Below, in pieces: positions 1 to 12,144 of a DNA stretch of 64,000 bases. Under the pieces are notes generated by a model, which saw nothing but the letters and a program-made list of their open reading frames with translations, made no database searches and was not told where the DNA came from. Every line of letters starts with the position of its first letter. The first letter of the stretch is position 1. A program made the position numbers and the translations under genes. Origin of the DNA: Tubiluchus corallicola (taxonomy: Eukaryota; Animalia; Priapulida); the NCBI GenBank assembly GCA_030141605.1, contig JAQGDQ010000584.1, positions 71,674 to 135,673 of the forward strand, written 5' to 3'.

Positions 1-12
1 GTTAGTGTGTGA

Positions 13-180
13 GTCTAGACTGTCAGTCACACTTCGAAGAGTGTGTCTAGACTGTCAATCACACTTCGAAGAATGTGTCTAGACTGTCAGTCACACTTCG
101 AAGAGTGTGTCTAGACTGTCAGTCACACTTCGAAGAGTGTGTCTAGACTGTCAGTCACACTTCGAAGAGTGACTAGACTG
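13..180. repeat. Minisatellite, 32-bp unit (gtctagactgtcagtcacacttcgaagagtgt), ~5 copies
   Basis: Direct tandem copies visible. Confidence 0.9.
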
Positions 181-1000
181 TCTTGCAAAGATGTCAAATA
201 AAACAGCACAAAGTAATTTAATACTCCGCACAGGCTGTCATTCTCTTTGAGTGTCATTCGACAGCTGAAGGAGAAATGAATACTGCGTCTAGACTAGACT
301 GTCAGTGCCAGTGTTCGCTTGAAGTTACTTCTTAAAAAAAGCTGTTTAGAACTTCTAAACCGTTGACCAAGTTCTCACATGTTATTTTAATGCTTTGTTA
401 GAGTTTTTAGACTTTAGCAGATGGTGAACTACACACCCACATGCACGCAGACACACACATGCTCACACAGACACAACTGATGATGTCACAACTGAACTTA
501 AGTTTCAACAACAAAAATATTCCACGAGCGTGTTGCACGTGTTTGCGAAAGCTCTCGCACGTGTGCACTACATCACAACTGAACCGAGAAGCACTACACC
601 TTTTTTGTGCACGGCAATGTCATGCAATGTTATTTAAACTTGTTTCAAATGACCTACTATTAAAATGGCTGTGTCTTATGGTCGTCGCAGGAGTTTAAAT
701 TTTCCAATTTTATACAGTGTTACTGCCAATGCAAGCCCTGCACGCAAAAAGACAGCATATAAGTGGGGTAAAACTTCAAACGTTAAGCTTTATGTAAGTA
801 AAGGGTTTTCTTGTGTTTTAGTTAAAAATGACTGTTTTGTTTATTTTGGTAAAATTCACGTTTTCAAGTGGCGAACCAAAAATTACGCATTTCAACCGAA
901 TTCTGGAATATATCTTATTGATCAGATTCAAATTTTTTGTATCAAATTTTTCTTATATAAAAATTTGTCGATCTACAAAATTCTTTATTGGGTTTTTTAG

Positions 1001-1180
1001 GCTGGTTTACACCCATTTTGCATAGACATTTGGAATTCTCTAGCTCTTTTTGACGGCGCGTTACGAGACGACGACGAGAATTTAAGTGAAAGCGCTGCAC
1101 CAGAGAGCAGCAGGGGTAAAAAAAGTCGAAGTCGCCTTGCGGAATCACTCGTCTTTGAAGTCGATTTGTACTCACAGACC
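1001..1180 (+). CDS. ODR4: ODR4 internal exon (AGLHPFCIDIWNSLALFDGALRDDDENL...SQT)
   Basis: ttttttag acceptor, gtaagt donor, 60 open codons. Confidence 0.8.
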
Positions 1181-4100
1181 GTAAGTTTGTTGCGAGTAGT
1201 TGTAAATGTTTAGTAATGGACGTTGGTCAGTAATCGGTTAGAGTCTGGTGTTGTCATGACATTGCTCTGACCAATAATGAAGAAGCAGGAGTAAAAAAGG
1301 CGAAGTTGTCTTGCGGAATCACTCGTCTTTGAAGTCGATCTGTACTCACACACCATAAGTTTGTTGTGAGTAGTTGTAAATGTTTAGTTATGGACGTGAG
1401 TCAGTAATTGGTCACAGTCTAGCATTGTCATAATGAAAGGGCTCTGTCCAATGATAGCTTTTGTTACAGTGTGTCTGCTGTTGACCGGACATATTGATGT
1501 AGAAATAATACATAGTGACTTTTGAGAAGCTAGTATTTACTGTCAACTGACTGCAGTGTCTACAGAGACTTTTGAGAAGCTAGTATTTACTGTCAAGTAA
1601 CTGCAGTGTGTACAGTGACTTTTGAGAAGCTCAGTATTTACTGTCAAGTAACTGCAGTGTGTATAGTGACTTTTGAGAAGCTAGTATTTACTGTCAACTG
1701 ACTGCAGTGTCTACAGAGACTTTTGAGAAGCTAGTATTTACTGTCAAGTAACTGCAGTGTGTACAGTGACTTTTGAGAAGCTCAGTATTTACTGTCAAGT
1801 AACTGCAGTGTGTATAGTGACTTTTGAGAAGCTCAGTATTTACTCTCAAGTAACTGCAGTGTGTACAGTGACTTTTGAGAAGCTCAGTATTTACTGTCAA
1901 GTAACTGCAGTGTGTATAGTGACTTTTGAGAAGCTAGTATTTACTGTCAAGTAACTGCAGTGTGTACAGTGATTTTTGAGAAGCTCAGTATTTACTGTCA
2001 AGTAACTGCAGTGTGTATAGTGACTTTTGAGAAGCTAGTATTTACTGTCAACTGACTGCAGTGTCTACAGAGACTTTTTGAGAAGCCCAGTATTTACTGT
2101 CAGCCCATCGAGTGATACTGTTCTCTTGTTTTTCAGATGGAAGGCAAAAAGATGACGAAGCCATTAGTGTGCGAGTGCGGTGCCATGCTTAGTATACGTG
2201 GCAATGTGCACGGCAGAGCATATGTGCACAGTAAAGCTAGTGTGAAAGAAGCTGTTAAGGTGATGCGGCAGTTTTCATTTAAGAAATTTCTAGTGCCATC
2301 TAGTGTACAGTTTAATAAGTAAAACTCCTTGGATTGTTATTCATAATCGAAGAGTTATTCGTAAAGCAATTTTATAGTTTGTTAGTAAGTTTTGTAATCT
2401 GTACTGCCATCTATTGTACAGTTTAGAAAATGAAACACATGGCTGGTTTAATCAGAGTTGGTCATAATGCAGGTTTTTACTTTGTTATTAAAAGTAAGTA
2501 ATCCATAGTGTCATCTAGTGTACAGTTTACTTTCTAAAACTACTCGGATGGCTTAATCAAAGAGTTATTCGTACAGTGTAAGCCCTCGCTTAATGACTCC
2601 CCATTTACCAACATTTCCTTTTAACGATGCTGAACATATCACACCTTTTTTCTAACTTAAGGATGTATGTTTCATTTTCTCTACAATTTTTTTCTTTGCT
2701 CACAGCCATTTTTTATTTTGTCAACACGTTTTTACCTAATTTGAAGTATTAAGGTGGTACATATTGCATTATTCTGTTCTAAAAACACATTTGTAAGCTC
2801 AACAGTGCATTATTGTAACGTTTTTGCTTCCTGACTGACTACACACTAAATTCTAGCCGTTTGTATCAAGCGACACCCGAGTTTAAACTTTATGCCAAGA
2901 AATTTTCTCTAACGACCTAGCTGTTGCTATAACAACCAACTTAGTACTACATGAAATTGTTTCAAGGTCGCTTCATGCAAGCTTGTTTAACTGCTAACTC
3001 TCTGTACATAGGCTTCAGTTTATGGAAAGAGAACAGCTAGCAAGTCTAGTTAGATACTGGTATGAAAGATAGGTGGTTTCAAACAAACAGAAAGAAATTA
3101 ATCAGTAGAAATATGAATAAAACCCATAAAACATTTAATTTATTGGCAGCATTGATTTTTGCTTTTGGAACGTATCACATCTTTTAGATTACTTTCTACG
3201 GAAGTCTTGGTTTCGTTTAACAATGTTTCGCTTAACGATGCGTTTTTCTGGAATGCATTATCGTCGTTAAGCGAGGACTTACTGTACATTGGATGTGTGA
3301 GTTTGCAAGTTTCCTGTTACAGTATACTAAAACAGCTATGATATGTAAGAACTTTTCTGTGAAAATAACAACTCATGATCAACAACTCAGTCCGGAAAAT
3401 AAGAGGCCATACAGATGCAATTGATAAACACTAACTTTTCCTCCATTAAAATGCTCAGCTTTCAGACTTTAGCAAGGCTATACAGATGCAATTGATAAAC
3501 ACTAGCTTTTCCTGCATTAAAATGCTCAGTTTTCAGACTTTAGCAAGGCTATACAGATGCAATTGATAAACACTAACTTTTCCTGCATTAAAATGCTCAG
3601 CTTTCAGACTTTAGCAAGGCTATACAGATGCAATTGATAAACACTAGCTTTTCCTGCATTAAAATGCTCAGTTTTCAGACTTTAGCAAGGCTATACAGAT
3701 GCAATTGATAAACACTAGCTTTTCCTGCATTAAAATGCTCAGCTTTCAGACTTTAGCAAGGCCGTACAGATGCAATTGATAAACACTAACTTTTCCTGCA
3801 TTAAAATGCTCAGCTTTCAGACTTTAGCAAGGCCGTACAGTTGCAATTGATAAACACTAACTTTTCCTGCATTAAAATGCTCAGCTTTCAGACTTTAGCA
3901 TGTTTCTGTGTGTTTCAGGCTTTGAAGACGGATTTGGTGCGAACACTTGTGTCCCGGTGTGTGATACTCTGCGAAGATGAAAGCATATATGAGCATGAGC
4001 AGGGTAGGATGGTTTGTTTTGAAATAGAAATTATTGAGTCTGCACTCAAGTTCACTTTCGTACGGTGTTACATCTGTTTAGAATGCAGCATTCAGACAAA

Positions 4101-7100
4101 GCGAGGTTCCTCGCCACGTGAATTTGACAAGTAACTCTCGTGTTCAGACTGCAGCGCAAAACTTACTGCGAGTTACTCTTCCACAGTGAGTTTGAGCTGA
4201 CACTCTCTTCTCTATTCACTGCAGTGGCGGCTCGTCGCTGAAATTAGTGGATGTACTGTTTCAGAAAACTTTTAGCCATTGTTTTAATACTGTGTAAAAT
4301 GAAGCAATCGTGAAATTTTAATGTTGTAATTTGTAATTGCAATTTTAAACAAACAAACATGAAAATGTATACATAAACTTGATAAAATCATAAGAGAAAA
4401 TATTGTTTTCTTACGGGTAGCCTAATTGTCACTGTTCAAGAATATGCTGCTACACGGTTTTTAAGCACGTGGCAACTGACAACACACACTGCATGAGTGA
4501 CAGTATTCTTTTTACCTAAAATGCAGCATCTCATCTCAACATGTGCACACGGCCGCATGCGCACAACAGCCAAAGACCACATTGCTTGAGCTATCAAGCA
4601 AACGGTACTACTCTCACGTGCTCTGGGCTGTACAAGTAAAAAGAAAGAACTAAAGAAAAAAAGACTTATAGAAGAAAATAAGTGGTGCAGTTGCACATAA
4701 CCCATACAAAAGCCGCCACATGTTCACTGTGAGACGTGTTCATACTAAACGGTTAATCAACTTGCTGCAACTGTCGGAGAGTTTGCAATACTTTTTACTA
4801 ATTACACGAGATGCTTGTCACACTTTTATCACTAAATTCTTCTGACGTTTTTCGTAAACATTGAAATAAGACTCACTTCCACGAAGGGCATAGATAAGTG
4901 TGACTGAAAATAATTATAGCAATTCTCAGTGATTTAATTCAGTTCGTTTTAATGTTAACAGATGTTATTACAGTCTTTGGAATGATTTTCTATCACGATT
5001 GTTTTCTAGTTCATTGCGTTGGTAAAAATACACTGAACTGCAGGTTTCGAGTTCAAGTCTGTTTATTTTAAAATAAAATAAATCAGTTTTCTGTTTTGAC
5101 TGTTCCAACTATAACACTTTGATAAGAGATATGAACTTTAAGAGATAACCTTTTCCAATTAGCCAAACTTTGAAGCAGTTTAAAACCTGCTTCACCAGAG
5201 ACAGAGTGCATGGAAGACAGAGTGTTTACAGAGTGACTGCCCGAATATGTTACCTTTTTTTAACAGCAAAGCGCTTCAAGGAAAACCGGGTGACTGTGTA
5301 AGCACGAATTCGGAATAAAGAATGCTCTAAAATATTGAAAGCTACAATAGTTTATTTTAAATCAAAGCTGAGATTAAATAATAATTACCTCGGATACTCA
5401 AATCTCGTTAAACTTTCAAAGCTACATGCTGCTCAGTGAATCTACTAAGATTGGCAGCGGTGCTTTTTGTCACATTCGCATGGCTGACAAATAGAAGGCG
5501 GTACCGTGATAACCATGATCATATACTGCAGTATTAGTTTCTGACTTCATATGATGTAGAGCCCATTTTTGTGACATCACGCATCTAGGCAGTACTGTAA
5601 CACTTACATAAATGTGCTTGATGCGCAAGTTAAGGTTCCTGCCATTGCACAAACTGGTTAGTTTCTTACGTAAGCAATAGCTGTGTTCGGTTGCCGTTAA
5701 TTAACTTTCTAGGCTAATTATTCAAATATAAGGAACAATTGTTAACTTTTATAGACAAGAAAATGGATTTTTGGACAGTAAATTAAAATGAGATTGAGTC
5801 TAAACAATCGTCCGGTTTTTCTTTCACTGAATCTGGAAGCTTTTTTTAACTAGGTGGCTTTCACGAGGTACCTCTTGGTACAAGCTATTATTGAGTCATT
5901 GTCCTGGTGGTGATAGTTTTTACAAAACAAGAAGTAGGAAATACTTCAGAAAAAAAACAGAGAAATCAATCATCATATAACAGCAGAAACTATTTATATC
6001 AGGGGTGTGCAAATTATCTGACCAGTTGGGCCACATTAAACTTTCCCGCAATTCCTGCGGGCCACAGGCAGTATGATCAAGGAGCCAAGTACAGAAAGAC
6101 CTAATAACGATTTTTTTGCAGATGACCTGCGTACATCATTACTACTACACTCAAGAAATTATTTTAGAAGTTATTAAAATTGATATTACAAACCATATAT
6201 TTCTACTTTCAGGACAGATAGTGGTAATTTCATTACAGTGCATATTAGTAATGTGTATCACACAGTCTGTGTAGTACAGTGACATTAAGCTACAACCGTC
6301 TTGTAAGGGTTAATGGCATCCGATCTAGTAGAAAAAACTACCCGCACTATCTTTGGGATCGTGGCACGGACTTCAGCTGGATACACTCAATTAATCACCT
6401 GGGCTGCACTTTCATTAGGTTGACAAATCTCTTCGCGGGCCGCACAAATTCTCTCGGCAGGCCGCAATTTGCACACTCCTGATTTATATTGTGTATTAAG
6501 ATTCCTTGTTTATTTCGCAGACCCGTCCACGGTCCTGGAAACTCCGATGCGAGTGTTTGTCCCTCTGCCTGGCACAAATTTGACTGTCTGTGATTACATA
6601 TTCAACGGCGAGTCGTCCGCCGACTCGGTAGAACCGTTTAAAGAGCTACTGGGTATTGACGTCAGCAGTGAGAAAGTGGAATCAGACTGCGAAAGTTTTC
6701 CCGGTAATATTTACAGGAAAACAGAAATAATAAGAATTCAACAGGAAACAAAGTAAAGAAGTTACTGGTTGTTTCCGGTGAAATGCTTAGATCATTTTTT
6801 TACTAAATTAGGTTTTATGTTAGGAAAATCGCCTCTGAAAACATTTATTTTGATACAAGATTGTAAAAGTTTCTATTTTTACCTTTAATTTGCAGAATAC
6901 TGAATTTGACTACAGTAAATGCTCGCTTAACAATGTTAATGCTTTCCAGAAAAACGCCTTTAAACGAAGCCAAGACTTCCATAGAAAGTGATGTAAAAGA
7001 ATTGAGAGTTTTGTGGGTTTTATTCATATTTCTACTGATCAGTTTCTTTCTGATTGCTTGAAGCCACGTATCTTTCTATAATATCTAGCTAAACTTGCTA

Positions 7101-8409
7101 GCGGTTCTCTTTCCTTAACTTTGAAGCCTATATATATAATTATATATACATCTTATTCATATATATATATATAGACAGTTAGCAGTTAAACACTGTGTAG
7201 TGAAAGCCAGGCACTGCATGAAGCCACCCCTCGAGACAATTTCATGTAGTACTAACCTGGTTGTTATAGCAACAGCTAGGTTGCAGACAAAAAAATCCTT
7301 GGTGCAAAAGTTTAAACTTCCATGTTTGGTGGAGAATTAAGTGAAATTAGTTTTGCTTCTGATTGTAAGTCTGTAATGAAATAATAATGTGTAATATATA
7401 AATGAGGATGAGACAAACCTAGTACATATAGTTACTACAATGTCTATGAAATTATATGAAGGTTATGTCTTTAATCTTGGCTTTTAAAACAGTCTTTGAT
7501 TTGATGTCACATAGGTGACATGGTATGCACATACAGAGAACACATGCATATAGTAAACTGTTCTGTCGTATTATTCGTTTTTATACCCCCCAACAAAAAG
7601 TTATGAATGCCCCCCAACAAAAAGTTATGAATACCTCCCAACAAAAAGTTATGAATGCCCCCAACAAAAAGTTATGAATGCCCCCCTAACAAAAAGTTAT
7701 GAATACCCCTCAACAAAAAGTTATGAATGCCCCCCTAACAAAAAGTTATGAATACCCCTCAACAAAAAGTTATGAATACCCCCAACAAAAAGTTATGAAT
7801 ACCCCCCCTAACAAAAAGTTATGAATGCCCCCTAACAAAAAGTTATGAATACCCCCAACAAAAAGTTATGAATACCCCCAACAAAAAGTTATGAATGCCC
7901 CCCAACAAAAAGTTATGATTATCCCCCCCAACAAAAAGTTATGAATGCCCCCCCCCCCCGAACAAAAAGTTAGTCGCATAAAAACTTGGTGACGGCCCAT
8001 CCGTTTTATCCATCTTATAATAAAAAGGTATGCACAAGTTTAGACGCAAACGCAATAAGGCCGTTCAATTCTAGTGGAAATCCACAACATACATTTTTCT
8101 TCCAGGAGAGGAAGATTTACAGGATGAGCAGTTGAGTCGTTGCTCCAGCGAAAGCGAGTTGGAAATTGTCAAAAAGCAAGCGAGAAGTTATTTGTGTAAG
8201 TACTTGACTATCTGTGTCAGAAATATACCTATTGAGACGCACAGCTGCTTACGTAGTTAAACAATACTCTACTTGGTTTGTAGGTGGGTTGGTGATAGTT
8301 ATGTTGTTCGTTTTTTGCAGGGGTATTGATCAGCATTTTAGTGGCCATTGGTGCGGTCGTAGCTTCGTATTTTTACTTGAGAATTCCAGAACATGACGAC
8401 AAGAAGTAA
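1001..8409 (+). CDS. ODR4: ODR-4 homolog (ER tail-anchored GPCR maturation factor), 3' part; 5' exons lie upstream of the window
   Basis: Exons 1001-1180, 2137-2259, 3919-4003, 6521-6703, 8106-8195 and 8321-8409 have AG/GT boundaries and consistent phases. Translation ...IRGNVHGRAYVHSKASVKEAVKALKTDLVRTLVSRCVILCED...PMRVFVPLPGTNLTVCDYIFNGES...WVLISILVAIGAVVASYFYLR matches my recollection of the ODR4 motifs (CRAYIHS..VKDAVQAVKRDI; PYRVFVPLPGSTVMLCDY) and ends in a C-terminal TM anchor. Confidence 0.9.
1105..1458. repeat. ~175-bp tandem duplication spanning an ODR4 exon 3' end and its donor site
   Basis: ttgcggaatcactcgtctttgaagtcgat...gtttgttg..gagtagttgtaaatgtttag occurs twice. Confidence 0.85.
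1514..2101. repeat. Minisatellite, 50/51-bp unit, ~11.5 copies
   Basis: agtgacttttgagaagct(c)agtatttactgtcaagtaactgcagtgtgtac repeated. Confidence 0.95.
2137..2259 (+). CDS. ODR4: ODR4 internal exon (MEGKKMTKPLVCECGAMLSIRGNVHGRAYVHSKASVKEAVK)
   Basis: tttttcag acceptor, gtgatg donor, conserved GxVxxRAYVH motif. Confidence 0.88.
2574..3284. mobile_element. Tc1/pogo(Tigger)-like non-autonomous element; partial inverted copy at ~6913-7318
   Basis: TA-flanked TIRs cagt(gt)aagccctcgcttaa / ttaagcgaggacttactg; internal sequence recurs inverted at 6913-7318. Confidence 0.72.
3405..3900. repeat. Minisatellite, 71-bp unit, ~7 copies
   Basis: ggctatacagatgcaattgataaacacta...tttcagactttagcaa repeated. 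Confidence 0.95.
3919..4003 (+). CDS. ODR4: ODR4 internal exon (ALKTDLVRTLVSRCVILCEDESIYEHEQ)
   Basis: tgtttcag acceptor, gtagga donor, phase 0 to 1. Confidence 0.88.
4222..4721. mobile_element. hAT-like MITE (family also at 12145-12619)
   Basis: TIR cagtggcggct / agccgccaca; 8-bp TSD attcactg/gttcactg; internal homology to 12145-12619. Confidence 0.75.
5279..5822. mobile_element. Kolobok-like non-autonomous DNA transposon (~544 bp)
   Basis: TIR aggaaaaccgg / ccggtttttct with 4-bp TSD ttca; same family at 24261-24802, ~45700-46226 and 60780-61300. Confidence 0.75.
6000..6481. mobile_element. hAT (Charlie-like) MITE
   Basis: TIR caggggtgtgcaaatt / aatttgcacactcctg; perfect 8-bp TSD atttatat. 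Confidence 0.85.
6521..6703 (+). CDS. ODR4: ODR4 internal exon (PMRVFVPLPGTNLTVCDYIFNGES...)
   Basis: tttcgcag acceptor, gtaata donor, RVFVPLPG..CDY motif. Confidence 0.9.
7585..7972. repeat. Minisatellite, ~25-27-bp unit with variable C-run (cccccaacaaaaagttatgaat), ~15 copies
   Basis: Direct tandem copies. Confidence 0.95.
8106..8195 (+). CDS. ODR4: ODR4 penultimate exon
   Basis: tttcttccag acceptor, gtaagt donor, phase 1-1. Confidence 0.8.
8321..8409 (+). CDS. ODR4: ODR4 terminal exon with transmembrane tail anchor
   Basis: ttttttgcag acceptor; WVLISILVAIGAVVASYFYLRIPEHDDKK then TAA. Confidence 0.85.
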
Positions 8410-8770
8410 TTTGCTGCTTATTTTTCTCCTTTGCTGCTTTTATGTGCAATTCCAAATGACGGAAATGGGAACAGCGATCGCATATGGCACTTCTTGACCA
8501 TTGCTGATGGTACTTTGATACAATAAGAGTTCAAGATTTATTTATTTAGCCAGACATTTAAACAAATTGTTAGTGGGACCCTCTACACAACAGAAGCTGA
8601 AGATTGATGCTTCATGCTTCTTGTAGTAATGCCAGTCTCAGTGAAGGGTTGAGAGCTTCAGGTTCCATTATCAGCCACAATGATGTACTAAACATTGAAA
8701 ACCTTTATGAAAGTTTGAATGTTTAATTAAAAGTTAAGATAATTACTGACCTTCTTACGCATATGCCTTC

Positions 8771-8917
8771 TTACGCATACGCATTTGGCTTTTTCATCTG
8801 AGATATCATTTCAAAGTCGATGGTTTTTGTAATGTCACTTTCTACAGATATCATCGACAAATTATTTAGTTTCTCTTGTGAAATCGTTGACTGTAAGTAT
8901 GTTTTAATCAGTTTTAA
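8771..8917 (-). pseudogene. hAT transposase C-terminal dimerisation-domain remnant
   Basis: LKLIKTYLQSTISQEKLNNLSMISVESDITKTIDF matches the hAT dimerisation signature (LKLIKxYLRSTMSQERLNxL). Confidence 0.75.
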
Positions 8918-9023
8918 AGTGAACGTGTGCACGGTGCCCCCTCCTGGCGCAGCTCCCAGTTTGAACAAATCTTTCTAATTATCTTAAAACCGACCCTGAT
9001 TATAATTACATTCGTTAAAACTG

Positions 9024-9197
9024 TGTGGCTGTGGGAACCTGTAGTGGCTGTGGAAACCTGTAATGGTAGTGGGAACCCGTAGTGGCTGTGGGAACCTGTA
9101 ATGGCAATGGGAACCCGTAGTGGCTGTGGGAACCTGTAGTGGCTGTGGGAACCTGTAATGGCAGTGGGAACCCGTAGTGGCTGTGGGAACCTGTAAT
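9024..9197. repeat. Minisatellite, 19-bp unit (gtggctgtgggaacctgta), ~9 copies
   Basis: Direct tandem copies; explains the repetitive ORFs at 8914-9260. Confidence 0.92.
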
Positions 9198-10116
9198 GAC
9201 AATGTAAGTGCATAAGTTATTGTAGTAGCTTTTGGTGGGTTTTATTCGCATTTTATGCATTTGATGTCAAGCCGTAAAGCTTCAGTGATACTAGTAACAG
9301 TGCAAACTTCGAAGCAGGTGGATAGCCGTAATAAGTTTAAAAACAGCCATGCAACTTTGAAGGTGAAGACAAAGGCATTTTAAAACATATCCCAGAAAAC
9401 TTTCCATACAATCTTGTATTACTGAGCATTATACTTAGTTGTTTGAAAGACTTATGTAACTAGAAAAAATCTTAATTTAAAATATTCGCACCAGCTGGTA
9501 AAAATATCCCAGTGTGCACTACTGACTCACCAAACACATTATTGATGTTGATCTTATTGAAAGGATTAAGTAATTTAAGCTTTTGCTTAGTTAATGAAGA
9601 ATGCGCTAGGAGTGCTCTCAAACTTTCTGCAGTGTTATCTAAACTTCTCTCAGACTTCTGACAGTTAAGATTGCTGAGCATAACTGTCATTGCTGGAGTT
9701 TATTTTTCCTGGTAGCATCATTTCTGCAAAAGTAAAAAGTACCAGCTTAGAATACTTTAACATTTTTTGCTGGTAGGTGTCGCTACACAGTGCATAAAAT
9801 ACTTTCACTAGCAGTGTTTACTTTCTGGTGTCTCCATCTATTAAAATTTGTATTGAACTATCAAGAGCTAGTGTGTGTGTGTTTTAAAAACTTAAATGCA
9901 CAAATGGAAGGATTAGGGGAAAAATATGATGACAGTTTTTTTGTGCTTAAAGAATTTTTGCTATTAATATTAAGTTAGTGAACTGCTTTGTTCTTATAAT
10001 GTTTGTTTACTAATAATCACATTCTAATTGTTGATTGGTTGGGTGTAAATATTGATTTATCTGTGACAAGGTTCACTAAGTGTTTGACTGGTTTCATTAC
10101 TGTGGTGCGTTCAGAC

Positions 10117-10520
10117 TTTTCTCTTTCACAGCAAACTCGCAAGTGTGAACTGCTTTGCGAGTTACTGTCGGCAAGTTATTGTAAACTCTCCAACAGTTAC
10201 TGCAAGTTGATTTAATGTCTAGTGTGAATGCCTCAGCGAGTTACTCTCGACACTTCTCGCACGGAATCAAGAAGCGAGTGTCAGCTCGTGCTTACTGTAA
10301 GAGAGTAACTCACAGCAAGTTTTGCTCTCTAGTCTCGGATATGCTTGCGAGTTACTTGCTGTGAATAGAGAAGTGAGTGTCAGCTCTCGCTTACTGTCAG
10401 AGAGTAACTCACAGCAAGTTTTGCTCTCTAGTCTCGAATATGCTTGCGAGTTACTTGCTGTGAATCGAGAAGTGAGTGTCAGCTCGCGCTTACTGTAACT
10501 CGCTAGTCTGTACGAACCTT
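10117..10520. repeat. Dispersed repeat with internal ~90-bp tandem duplication; related copies at ~4090-4220, 4760-4800 and inverted at 43270-43460
   Basis: cagcaaactcgcaagtgtgaactgct..gcgagttactgtcggcaagttattg is the reverse complement of 43370-43440. Confidence 0.65.
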
Positions 10521-12144
10521 TAGTAAATGGCTCAATTATGCAGTAACATTCCCTGCCTGAAGTATTCGTCAGTAACTTAAAACGATGTTGCTAATCTGTA
10601 TTCGTGCCTTAAATGATATTATAAAATGAAACAAATTTGTAAGATTACTCAGAAATGAGTTCTTGTTCCTGATTGCTTCAGTGTAAATACAAGGTTGTCA
10701 CTTTTTTCCACATGCAGTGCACTTATCTATATCCCATATTATAAGAACCAATCATCCATATCTGGTTAGGTGATGTACTGTCAGACATTTTTCCAGGTTG
10801 TTCTGTAGTGTAACTATCTGCCGTGTCATACAGATCGTTGAACTATATTATAACGTACCTAAATAAGAGAATAGGCAATATTATATAATCCAGAAACAAA
10901 TTTTTCTGGCAGATATACTATCCATTCGCTAACCAGGTATGGTGTTGTTTCACTTCTATTGCAGTACAGTGTTGTTTCACATTGTGGTTTTTAAGCTGTT
11001 AGCTTTGTTTCGCAAATGTCTTTTGCGGAAGCTATAGACCATTTATTACATCATTTTAATGTGTTTGTCCTCTTGTGACAAGTTATGAAAATATAATTAT
11101 CAGATCATTTTTTTTTCACTTTTTGTAACTATGCGTGTCCTACGTTGTTGGTTTAACTTAAGTTTAACCAAATTTTATGAAACTAATTTTACGTTCATTA
11201 ATTTTCAACTTGAGTACAGTCAAACCTCGTTATAACGTCCTCCCCCCATTTAACCACCAACGTTGCTTAAATGCCCAAATTTCAGTCAAAACAAAATATC
11301 TATATTTGCATAGACATGTATGTATTAATACACCTTGTTATAATACCAGACTCGCTTAATGTCAATTTTTTTTGCATTCCTAGAGTGGGAGGTATAGAGA
11401 GGTATTACTGTAGGTTAAATTAATTGTTTTTAATGAATATTAATTGCTTGTACTAAGATATCGACAAATTTACTAGTACAAATTGTAAGCGTTATAAAAT
11501 TTACCTACTGGTTTTTGAATAGAGTTTCTTCCCTCGTTGATGTCTCGTTAGGTAATGAAAAGCTTTATTGCGCATCTGCAACGATTGCGTTTTAACGAGA
11601 TGTGAATTAATGATAATTGGTGGGCACTGTGTTGTGTTGTCTTGTGAATATCCATGAACACTGAAGCTTATTCAGGTGTAAATAAAGGTGACTAATATTT
11701 GTAATTGTGTTTTCTGTATTTTTTTATTATTCACTGACAGTGACTGAATGGGGTGAATGGATCATACAGTTTTGGACAAAACAAACTCGATTTTGATATT
11801 ACAGCACACAATGCAAATGTGTTACATACGTGCGCTTGCTGTAGTCAAGGCCTAGATTTCATCTAAGGAAGAGGTGGACCTTGTAGGACAACCAAGATCC
11901 CGTGCTATGCCACTGTCCAGTGAGTTTTCAGTACGTGTATTCAGTAATCTAGTGTTCTAATACTCCAGGAGTGGGAAACGCATCAACTCAACCAATCAAA
12001 AAGCTGCGATTCGAAGCAGATCAATTAATTATAATTTTATGTAATGTGTGTTCAAGTTTTCATTCTGACCAAAATCAATAAAGCAGTAGTAATGCTGATG
12101 CCTTCATGAGTTCGAAAATGACATGTTGAAGTATAGGTCATAAC

